In this document: one piece after another, positions 37,505 to 45,691 of the stretch
How the letters are laid out: every line of letters begins with the position of its first letter
Numbering within the stretch: position 1 is the first letter of the stretch
Origin: Patescibacteria group bacterium UBA7435
GTDB lineage: Bacteria > Patescibacteriota > Minisyncoccia > Phycocordibacterales > UBA918
Reading direction: 5' to 3'
Length of the DNA stretch: 62,539 nucleotides
Assembly (NCBI GenBank): GCA_002477545.1
Contig: DLQJ01000005.1
Location: forward strand, 1 to 62,539
Program-made: the position numbers and the translations under genes
Notes under the pieces: model-generated
Seen by the model: only the letters and a program-made list of their open reading frames with translations
Databases searched by the model: none
Told to the model about the DNA's origin: nothing

Positions 37505-37939
37505 CTAGCACTGTTGTGCCCGTATAAGTTCTGATTTAAAAGGACACCAATCTGATCTGTATCGCTTGTGTCGTTTGTGTGATGACCGTCTCCAATAATG
37601 AGGTTGGTGATCATGCCAATGCTTAATTGTTTTTCGATCAGCAAGATACACATCTCTATGCGTACCTACATTAACGGAACAAAAAGTCATTGGTGTGGCG
37701 CCACCCATACCAGGAGTGTTTCGCATCCAATCAGGCATACACAATGCCTTGTCACTTTTCCAGTCTGAACAAGTAAAGTTAATTCGACGACGATATTCTT
37801 TAAAATACCACCGCTCAAGTTCTTTATCAACGATACTCCACGCAGTGGTAACTTGACTACGTTTAACCGTAATACAACCAGCCTCTACGGAGGTAACTGT
37901 CCACATAAAAAGAACGAGTGCAAAATAATAAAATCGCAT
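37505..37939 (-). CDS. secreted Cys/Trp/Arg-rich hypothetical protein
   Basis: Signal peptide MRFYYFALVLFMWTVTSVEA, several Cys, and a basic HKRHKRYR segment. Terminator downstream. Confidence 0.55.
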   Translation of the reverse strand: MRFYYFALVLFMWTVTSVEAGCITVKRSQVTTAWSIVDKELERWYFKEYRRRINFTCSDWKSDKALCMPDWMRNTPGMGGATPMTFCSVNVGTHRDVYLADRKTIKHWHDHQPHYWRRSSHKRHKRYRSDWCPFKSELIRAQQC

Positions 37940-38056
37940 AGCATCTCCTTTCGAGTTGCTGTTTCTACTTTGTTACTATAATACAACTTTATATCAATTT
38001 GTCAATATACACGCTCCTTCTCTATTACCTTTGCGTGACCTGATATAATAGAGGCA

Positions 38057-39781
38057 ATGCAAAAGTTCGATGACACATTTACTGACGAGCGTATGAGTGA
38101 AATGCGCCGAAAAGAGGAAGATAGTCTCATCCTCTCTCTGGCACAGCAATACGGCTACGAATATGTAGATTTACGTGGGGTTACTATAAACCCTAAAGCA
38201 ATACGCTTGGTTTCTGAAAAAGATGCGCACGCAGGTAATTTAGTTGTTTTTGAAACAACAAGAAAACGTCTTTCAATTGCTATTCGTAATCCTAATAATC
38301 CAAACACTAAAACGGTACTGGAATCACTCAAGGAACAAGGCTACCAACCAACTATCTACATGACCTCGACCACAAGTCTTGAGCATGGCTGGGAACGTTA
38401 TAAAGATCAGAAGCATGGAGTTGCGGTAAAACACGGAGTGCTTGATATTAATACCGACAACATTGCACAGCAAGTTAAAAAGTTTAAAACGCCTGAGGAT
38501 GTTTCTGAACATATTCTTGATATCCGCACCATTAATAGTGCTCGTCGTATTTCTGAAACATTGGAAACTGTTTTTGCTGGAGCAATTGCACTAGGCGCGT
38601 CCGACATTCATATCGAACCTGAGTCTGCTGACATTCGCTTACGCTACCGTCTTGATGGCGTACTATATGACATTGTTGATCTGGAGCTTGAACTCTATAA
38701 ACGCATCATATCACGATTGAAACTGCTTTCGAGCATGATTCTCAATGTAAAAAGCGAAGCACAAGATGGACGTTTTACATTTAATCTCACTGACAAAAGT
38801 GTTGAAGTGCGATCATCAGTAATTCCTGGAGCTGCCGGAGAATCTATGGTGATGCGATTACTTGATCCAAGTGTCGCAAGCTTCAGTATGGAGAACCTCG
38901 GTTTAAATAGTATTCTGCATGGAGTACTCACCAAAGAACTGAAGCGACCAAATGGACTTATTGTAACTACCGGTCCAACAGGAAGTGGTAAAACCACGGC
39001 GTTGTATGCATTCTTGCAGGAGGTACATGAAGAAGGAATTAAAATTATTACTATTGAAAATCCAGTTGAATACAAAATTGATAACATCGTACAAACACAG
39101 GTAAGCGACGACTATACATTTGAGTCAGGACTACGTGCAATACTGCGACAAGACCCTGATGTGATTATGGTTGGTGAGATCCGTGATCGTGAAGTAGCTG
39201 AGACCGCAATTCATGCGGCACAAACAGGACACTTAGTTTTCTCTACATTACACACCAACAGTGCGGTGGGTGCATTTCCGCGATTGATTGACCTTGGCGT
39301 TGATTATCGAATGATTGGTAGCTCGGTAAATATCATTTTGGGACAACGCTTAGTTCGTGTTTTGTGTGAACATTGCAAACAATCGCATCCAGTAAATCAG
39401 AACGAGCACGATGCCATCACACAGGTACTTGCAACACATCCAAAACCCCCTACTGTTCCTGATCCTATTATCATTTATGAAGCAGAAGGGTGTGAACACT
39501 GCAATCAGTCTGGATTCAAAGGGCGTCAAGGAGTCTACGAAGCGGTCTTGGTGGATACTGCTGTTGAAGAAGCAGTTATACGTGACCCACGTGAGCACAT
39601 CATTCTTGAAGCTGCAAAACCACAAGGCATCCCCACGATGGCTGAAGATGGAATTGAGAAGGTACTCAATGGCACTACTTCACTTACAGAACTACAACGT
39701 GTGGTTGACCTTACTTCGGGACGACATACCCTTAAAACAGAAGGTACTGTAGACGACACCTTCTCTTCACATGTCGTGTAA
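38057..39781 (+). CDS. pilB: type IV pilus assembly ATPase PilB (GspE family)
   Basis: Walker A GPTGSGKTT, Asp box, Walker B DPDVIMVGEIRD, His box HLVFSTLHTN, and a CxxC...CxxC cluster (CEHCKQ...CEHCNQ). Confidence 0.9.
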   Translation: MQKFDDTFTDERMSEMRRKEEDSLILSLAQQYGYEYVDLRGVTINPKAIRLVSEKDAHAGNLVVFETTRKRLSIAIRNPNNPNTKTVLESLKEQGYQPTIYMTSTTSLEHGWERYKDQKHGVAVKHGVLDINTDNIAQQVKKFKTPEDVSEHILDIRTINSARRISETLETVFAGAIALGASDIHIEPESADIRLRYRLDGVLYDIVDLELELYKRIISRLKLLSSMILNVKSEAQDGRFTFNLTDKSVEVRSSVIPGAAGESMVMRLLDPSVASFSMENLGLNSILHGVLTKELKRPNGLIVTTGPTGSGKTTALYAFLQEVHEEGIKIITIENPVEYKIDNIVQTQVSDDYTFESGLRAILRQDPDVIMVGEIRDREVAETAIHAAQTGHLVFSTLHTNSAVGAFPRLIDLGVDYRMIGSSVNIILGQRLVRVLCEHCKQSHPVNQNEHDAITQVLATHPKPPTVPDPIIIYEAEGCEHCNQSGFKGRQGVYEAVLVDTAVEEAVIRDPREHIILEAAKPQGIPTMAEDGIEKVLNGTTSLTELQRVVDLTSGRHTLKTEGTVDDTFSSHVV

Positions 39782-40349
39782 CACAACCATGTCACCACGA
39801 TTTAAAAAAATAATTATTTTCTTTGGCGTACTTCTACTCATTGTTGGTTTTTTAGTATTTCTAAAGTATGTATCTCCCGAAGCGTTGGTATTGAAACTCG
39901 GTGTACAAAATGGATATCTCCTTATTTTCTTCACCGCGCTACTAGGTGGTTTATCTGCAAGTGGCTCTATTATTTTTATAACGCTTTTGGTCACTCTTGT
40001 TGCGGGAGGGCTTAATCCTTTATACGCTGGACTTTTAACCGGTGCAGGATTGATTATCGGGGACCTGCTTATGTTTTACATCGGATCACACGGTAGAGCA
40101 TTGGTAACAGGAAAGGTTGATCAATACATAACTAATTTCGCTTCGCATATCAAGGAGAAACGTTCGTTACAAATTCTCGCTCCAATACTTGGATATTTTT
40201 ATATTGGCTTTGCGCCGTTACCCAATGAATTTCCAGTGCTCTTTTTTGCCGTCATTAAGTATCCCGTGAAGCGAGTATTTACAATTATTATCTTAGGTGA
40301 CATTACGTTTGCACTTATGGTTGCCTATCTTGGTAGTACGCTGTACTAA
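39771..40349 (+). CDS. polytopic membrane protein (DedA/VTT-like, tentative)
   Basis: 192 aa with 5-6 hydrophobic helices. Overlaps the pilB stop by 11 nt. Confidence 0.6.
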   Translation: MSCNTTMSPRFKKIIIFFGVLLLIVGFLVFLKYVSPEALVLKLGVQNGYLLIFFTALLGGLSASGSIIFITLLVTLVAGGLNPLYAGLLTGAGLIIGDLLMFYIGSHGRALVTGKVDQYITNFASHIKEKRSLQILAPILGYFYIGFAPLPNEFPVLFFAVIKYPVKRVFTIIILGDITFALMVAYLGSTLY

Positions 40350-40371
40350 CAAAATATAGATAAAAAATTAA

Positions 40372-40815
40372 AAAACCACTCGGTCAAGAGTAGTTTTTTA
40401 ATTCTCGTGGTAGTATCAAATAAGCAAAGGAGCCGAGGCGACTATTGCGAATTTGCCCTAGTTTTTAAGGAGACCAAAGTCGACTATAAAAACGGAAATA
40501 CCCCTGGGGTGCTGTTCCGATTTTCTTCCTTACAGGAACTGTCCACTTTGTCACCATTTTCTAAAGAAAATGGTAAGCAAAGTCTTGAGAACTAACATTG
40601 AGTCAGTTCTCACCCTTGAGAAAATCGCTGGACCGGAAATAAGAAGCGTTCATACAGAAATCGGAAAGAAGTTCCAGTAGATAATCCTCTAAGCAGAACT
40701 TCCGGAAAGAAGAGATTGCGAAACTAAGGAAGACCGCAGCATTCTCACTCGAAGGTGAGCGCCACGGAATACTCGCAAAGCAACCTTTTGTTGTTTAGAG
40801 GATTATACACTTGAA
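40372..40815. ncRNA. candidate structured noncoding unit A (novel, strand uncertain)
   Basis: No credible ORF. Nested helices: 40681-40692/40795-40806 (12 bp), 40716-40721/40773-40778 (6 bp), 40744-40748/40755-40759 (5 bp). Module 40526-40635 is homologous to 40995-41100. Hairpin with T-run readable on the minus strand at 40375-40410. Confidence 0.35.
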
Positions 40816-40825
40816 CAGAAAAGAA

Positions 40826-41255
40826 AAACCGCAAGCACTTCTTGCGAGTATCATTTCATATTCTTTCTGAAAGAGAGCAGCACCACATCGGTGCAGGAAC
40901 GTTCTATGTGCATCATATTAGCACAGTCTATAGTTTTGTCAAGTGAAATAATGACCGAAGGTCATATATTAAACTTGTGCCTCAATTTGACCCTTTCCTT
41001 ACAAAAACTGTACACCTTATCAATCTTTTCTAAAGAAAATACTAGGTAAGGTCTTGCGAACCGACGTTAAGTCAGTTCTCACCTAGGGCGAATTGCTAGG
41101 CCACCTTTGTTACTTGTGCTGAACTCACTTTTTAGAGCGAACTACGGGATTCCCTTTCGATAATGAATCGCTGGACCGTTCAAGAAACGACTGCATCTGC
41201 GCAGACACATAGGTAATTGGTCAATACCCCCTTTCTACGGTATACGATACAATAC
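40826..41255. ncRNA. candidate structured noncoding unit B (diverged copy of unit A)
   Basis: Module 40995-41100 plus 41166-41178 is about 78% identical to 40526-40635, with an insertion of about 70-80 nt. Hairpins GCACC/GGTGC, TGTGC/GCACA, ATGACC/GGTCAT. CGCAAG/CTTGCG (40830-40846) is preceded by an A-run, giving a T-run on the minus strand. Confidence 0.35.
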
Positions 41256-41262
41256 AGACACT

Positions 41263-42264
41263 ATGAGTGATTCTGAAAATACCCCACAAACATTTACCCG
41301 TGATGGTGCGGGTAACCTTGACCAAACACTACGCCCAAATACATGGGAGGAGTATGTTGGACAGGTGAAAACAAAAGAGAATCTGCGTATTCTCCTTACT
41401 GCCGCGCGCGAACGTGGACATGCCGCTGAACACATTCTTTTATATGGACCTCCCGGTTTAGGGAAGACGACATTGGCACACCTTATTTCAAAAACACTAG
41501 GCACCAACATGCGTACCACTTCAGGGCCTGCTATTGAACGCGTGGGTGACCTTGCAGCAATCCTTACCAACCTCTCTCCTGGGGATGTACTTTTTATTGA
41601 TGAGATTCATCGCTTGAGCAAGAGTATTGAGGAAGTGCTCTATCCCGCTATGGAATCAGGGGTACTTGATATCATTATCGGGAAAGGTCCCTCTGCTCGA
41701 ACAGTACAACTTGAACTTCCTCCATTTACATTAGTCTCAGCAACCACTCGCATTTCACTGCTTTCAGCACCACTGCGAAGTCGTTTCTCTGGAGGGACCT
41801 TCCGGCTTGAATTTTATAAAGACAGTGAAATTTCACAAATCCTCGCGCGATCCGCTGAATTGCTTGGTGTATCAACCTCGCAAGAAATTATGGATAGTAT
41901 CGCAAAGCGATGTCGTGCAACACCGCGCACCGCAAACTATCTTCTAAAACGCTGTCGGGACTTAGCACAACTTGAGAGCGGTGAACTGACCACTGATATT
42001 ATTGATCGTACTTTTGAGCTACTTGAAATCGATTCTCTTGGTCTCGGGAGTCCTGACCGCGAAGTACTTGATACCATCATCAATAAATTTAATGGAGGGC
42101 CTGTGGGACTTAACACCATTGCTGCGGCAACCGGCGAAGAACAATCAACCATTGAGGACGTGATCGAACCATACCTTATCCGACAAGGACTTCTTGAACG
42201 AACACCTCGAGGCCGTATTGCAAGCGCTACTGCGTATAGTCACATTGAAAATCAGACAGAATAA
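41263..42264 (+). CDS. ruvB: Holliday junction DNA helicase RuvB
   Basis: Walker A GPPGLGKTTLA, Walker B LFIDEIHRL, sensor ATTR, and a C-terminal winged helix. Confidence 0.95.
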   Translation: MSDSENTPQTFTRDGAGNLDQTLRPNTWEEYVGQVKTKENLRILLTAARERGHAAEHILLYGPPGLGKTTLAHLISKTLGTNMRTTSGPAIERVGDLAAILTNLSPGDVLFIDEIHRLSKSIEEVLYPAMESGVLDIIIGKGPSARTVQLELPPFTLVSATTRISLLSAPLRSRFSGGTFRLEFYKDSEISQILARSAELLGVSTSQEIMDSIAKRCRATPRTANYLLKRCRDLAQLESGELTTDIIDRTFELLEIDSLGLGSPDREVLDTIINKFNGGPVGLNTIAAATGEEQSTIEDVIEPYLIRQGLLERTPRGRIASATAYSHIENQTE

Positions 42265-42297
42265 AAACCCGTTCAATTCAACGGGCTCTAAACATTT

Positions 42298-42489
42298 TTA
42301 TACAATCTTTAAAGGTATTTTCTTTTTGAAGGGTGCAACATATTTGCCTTCCAGAACTACACCGTCTACTTCAACTTTTGCCTTAAGAACTCCGCCACTT
42401 GTAGGATATGGCCCTGCTACAAGAATACCTGCAGCAGAACCCAACCCAATAGTAACTGTCGCTCGAACACCCGATTCAGCTTTTGTCAT
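42298..42489 (-). CDS. small hypothetical protein (63 aa)
   Basis: ATG at 42489 is preceded by GGAGG at 5-nt spacing. Gly/Val-rich beta-type sequence. Convergent with ruvB. Confidence 0.55.
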   Translation of the reverse strand: MTKAESGVRATVTIGLGSAAGILVAGPYPTSGGVLKAKVEVDGVVLEGKYVAPFKKKIPLKIV

Positions 42490-42607
42490 TTTTGCCTCCA
42501 CACAAGCTTCCTAATTCATAGTGCCACATATATGTAAAAAGACAAGAACTTGCAATACCTCACTATCTTTCATACACTTGAATCATACTTTTAGATACAC
42601 AATATAT

Positions 42608-43153
42608 ATGTCAGGACATAATAAATGGAGCAAGATTAAACACAAAAAAGGTGCCACGGATGCGGCAAGGAGCAAAGTGTTCTCTAAGCACTCTATGCTT
42701 ATTGCAATGGAATCACGACAAGCAGGTGGTGATGTATCCTCCCCACAACTAGCCGCAGCAATTACGCGCGCTAAAAAAGATTCGATGCCAAAGGAAAATA
42801 TTGAGCGCGCAGTTGCTAAGGGTGCAGGGACCGATGGAAATGCACTTGAGGAAATCATGTTTGAAGGATACGGCCCTGGAGGAGTCGCGTTACTAATCCA
42901 AACAGTAACCGACAACAACAACCGTACTGCCCCACTGATCCGTCATGTCTTCTCGAAAGCTGGTTTAGAGCTTGGCTCACCCGGATCAGCAGCATGGGCA
43001 TTTACAAAAACTGCAGACGGCTACACGCCAAATACTCCAATGGATCTCGATGATGAAACTGGAGAAAAGTTAGCTAACTTTATTGAACATCTGGAAGAAG
43101 AAGATGATGTGGTCAACGTGTATACAACCGCAGATACTCCAGAAGGAGAATAA
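42608..43153 (+). CDS. yebC: YebC/PmpR-family protein, compact form
   Basis: MSGHNKWSKIKHKKG N-terminus and MFEGYGPGGVALLI. At 181 aa it is shorter than the usual ~240 aa, so part of the middle domain appears to be missing. Confidence 0.85.
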   Translation: MSGHNKWSKIKHKKGATDAARSKVFSKHSMLIAMESRQAGGDVSSPQLAAAITRAKKDSMPKENIERAVAKGAGTDGNALEEIMFEGYGPGGVALLIQTVTDNNNRTAPLIRHVFSKAGLELGSPGSAAWAFTKTADGYTPNTPMDLDDETGEKLANFIEHLEEEDDVVNVYTTADTPEGE

Positions 43154-43222
43154 TATACACCACCAACAGAGACCAGTGACTCACAACGTCGCTGGTCTTT
43201 TTTATGATATCCTTACCCTACT

Positions 43223-43693
43223 ATGAAAGTACTCGGAGTTGACCCTGGATATGACCGACTTGGCGTGGCGGTTATTGAAAAAGAAAACGGAGCAGAAGTA
43301 CTACGCTACTCTGGATGTATAGAGACTGACAAAAAAAGTGAGCTCAATGAACGTTTGTTTGTACTTGGTGTTGCATTTCAAAAACTCTTAAGAGAACATA
43401 CGCCTGATGCGGTTGGTATTGAAACACTTTTCTTTAATAAAAATGTGAAGACTGCAATTGGCGTTGCGCAGGCGCGAGGTATTATTATCTACCTTGCAAA
43501 AAAGGCTGGGTGTGAAGTATTTGAATACGGGCCACAGGAAATTAAAATTGCAGTTACGGGATATGGAAAGAGTGATAAGAACGCAGTAATTGATATGGTT
43601 AAGCGTCTTGTGCGCGGTGTGCCAGAAACAGGACTTGATGATGAGTACGATGCAATAGCTGTTGGTATTACTACACTTGCACACTATCGATAA
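43223..43693 (+). CDS. ruvC: crossover junction endodeoxyribonuclease RuvC
   Basis: MKVLGVDPGYDRLGVAVIE, GIETLFFNKN and DEYDAIAVGI catalytic acidic residues. Confidence 0.9.
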   Translation: MKVLGVDPGYDRLGVAVIEKENGAEVLRYSGCIETDKKSELNERLFVLGVAFQKLLREHTPDAVGIETLFFNKNVKTAIGVAQARGIIIYLAKKAGCEVFEYGPQEIKIAVTGYGKSDKNAVIDMVKRLVRGVPETGLDDEYDAIAVGITTLAHYR

Positions 43694-43793
43694 CCTGCTA
43701 AAATCTTCTCTCGACAACCACCAAATAAGGGGTTGCAAAAGAGGACTTTTTTTGATAAAAATTTAGTATTAATTATTTGTAATGTAAACGCAT

Positions 43794-44090
43794 ATGATCT
43801 TTTTTATAACTGACAACAACGAAGAAGAAAACATCGACCCTGAAGATGAGGTGGATGATGAAGATGCGAGCATTGATGATTCTGCTCTGGATGAAATCAC
43901 TGAAGATACCGACAGTGATGACGATGCCGACACTGAAGGATTTGGGATTCTCGAGGAAGACGGAACTGAGGATACTAAGAAAAAGGGTGAGTCAGAAGAT
44001 GACGAAGAAGAGGAAGAGGACGATTCAGCACTTGAAGACGACGCTGACGATACCGAATACGACAGCTTCGATGACGTAGATGAGATGTGA
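43794..44090 (+). CDS. highly acidic (Asp/Glu-rich) small protein
   Basis: 98 aa, more than half D/E. A plus-strand terminator AGACCCAGC-TTCG-GCTGGGTCT plus T-run lies directly downstream and supports this strand over the antisense Ser-rich ORF. Confidence 0.55.
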   Translation: MIFFITDNNEEENIDPEDEVDDEDASIDDSALDEITEDTDSDDDADTEGFGILEEDGTEDTKKKGESEDDEEEEEDDSALEDDADDTEYDSFDDVDEM

Positions 44091-44354
44091 GTAAAATAAG
44101 ACCCAGCTTCGGCTGGGTCTATATTTTTCTTATGCAGATACTTAGGCTCTACGACTCCTCCAAAGAGGAGTAGAGACTTTAGTATCTGGGCGGAACTAAC
44201 AAATTTCGTTTTCTCCAAATTACACCACAAGGGAACTTACAGTACAGTCTTCCACCAACTCTATTTCCCAGGGCAAATTCTGAACAACGAGCCTTTAAAC
44301 TCGAATACACCACCCAAACAAAAACAGCAATCCTCAGGTCGCTGTTTTTCACCC

Positions 44355-45596
44355 TTACCCAACCTCCACCAACCCCACATTCTTCTTCCCCCGCTTCAAC
44401 AACACCAACTCTCCATTCTTTTCAACAGTAAGTGCTCCCTCAACATCCTCAACTCTCACTCCATTCACCTGTACCGCACCTCCTTCAATAAACGTCCGTG
44501 CCTCTCGTTTACTTGTTGCCAGACCTGCTTCTACAAGAATATCAACAATCGTTGTTCCTGATGCAGTTTGCGTCAGTGGAGCATTTTCTTTTAAAATACC
44601 AATCTCTGTATCTGAAAGGTCAGACAACGCAACCTCCCCAAAGAGTGACGCAGAAACTCTCTCTATAGCCTCAGCAACCTCTCCCCCATGCACAAACTTC
44701 GTTACCTCATACGCTAATTTCTTCTGAGCCCCACGCGCGCCTGGATTCTCATTAAACGTTTTTCCAATTTCCCCAATCTCTGCGAGTGTCAAAAATGTAA
44801 ACAATTTCAAATAATCAATTACTGAATCATCTGAAGTATTCAACCAAAATTGATAGAATGCATACGGTGAGGTTTTTTCTGCGTCAAGCCAAATTGCATT
44901 CCCTTCACTTTTCCCAAATTTTTTTCCAGATGCTTTGTCTACCACCAATGGCATGGTTAATGCATATACTGTATTACCTGTCTTACGTCGAATGAAATCT
45001 ACCCCTGCGAGAATATTGCTCCATTGATCAGAACCACCAATCTGTAGATCACATCCATATTCAGTATGTAGATGATAATAATCGTATCCCTGTAAAAGTG
45101 AGTATGAGAATTCTGTATATGAAATTGAATTATCTTCTGTAAGACGATTGGCAACGATATCTTTTTTAATCATCGCGTTAACGGTAAAATGTTTTCCAAT
45201 ATCACGGAGGTACTCAATCATCGAAAGTTTTGACAACCAGTCGTAGTTATTTACAAACCGCACCTCATCAGACACAAACTTACGAACCCCTGCCTCCATC
45301 TTCACAGCTTGCTGTGCAATTACTTCAGGCTCAGCAAATGGACGCTCCTCACTTTTTCCTCCAGGGTCCCCAATAAGTGCAGTGCCTCCTCCCATGAGCA
45401 AAATCACCTTATGTCCGGCAAGCATAAGTCGATTAAGCAGCATATACGGAACAAGGTTCCCCACATGAATAGAATCAGCAGTAGGATCAATACCGAGATA
45501 TACCGTTCGTTTATCTGCGTCAAGTATTTCAGAAACGTCTTCAACTGAAGACTGATAAATAAACCCGCGCTCTTGTAATTCTTCTGATAATTTCAT
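44355..45596 (-). CDS. tyrS: tyrosine--tRNA ligase
   Basis: HIGH-type motif DSIHVGNLV, KMSKS-type KFGKSEG, and a C-terminal S4-like domain. Confidence 0.95.
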   Translation of the reverse strand: MKLSEELQERGFIYQSSVEDVSEILDADKRTVYLGIDPTADSIHVGNLVPYMLLNRLMLAGHKVILLMGGGTALIGDPGGKSEERPFAEPEVIAQQAVKMEAGVRKFVSDEVRFVNNYDWLSKLSMIEYLRDIGKHFTVNAMIKKDIVANRLTEDNSISYTEFSYSLLQGYDYYHLHTEYGCDLQIGGSDQWSNILAGVDFIRRKTGNTVYALTMPLVVDKASGKKFGKSEGNAIWLDAEKTSPYAFYQFWLNTSDDSVIDYLKLFTFLTLAEIGEIGKTFNENPGARGAQKKLAYEVTKFVHGGEVAEAIERVSASLFGEVALSDLSDTEIGILKENAPLTQTASGTTIVDILVEAGLATSKREARTFIEGGAVQVNGVRVEDVEGALTVEKNGELVLLKRGKKNVGLVEVG

Positions 45597-45691
45597 ATAT
45601 GTTGCTCAATTAATTAAAATAACTCTACCACACAGACCGAGGAAAGAAATATAGACAATTAGTGTTAGAATTGGCTATATATTGAAATTGT

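Noticed and set aside
40407-40595. 62-aa GTG-start ORF inside the 0.9-kb noncoding region
   Set aside because: It has no Shine-Dalgarno sequence and a non-ATG start. It crosses predicted hairpins and ends within the repeated module. The second copy of the module has no equivalent frame.
40372-41262. Known large RNAs (RNase P RNA, tmRNA, group I/II intron, 5S rRNA) as explanation for the noncoding region
   Set aside because: By eye there is no GAGGAAAGUCC / ACAGAA..GGCUUA P4 pair. There is no tRNA-like GGGG...UUCGA...CCACCA ends for tmRNA. There is no GUGYG 5' end or domain V hairpin, and no 5S loop motifs. This is not a substitute for a covariance-model search.
43769-44230. 153-aa minus-strand Ser-rich ORF
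   Set aside because: It is antisense to the Asp/Glu-rich ORF. The only clean intrinsic terminator (44096-44125) is oriented for the plus-strand gene, and the ORF extends through that terminator.
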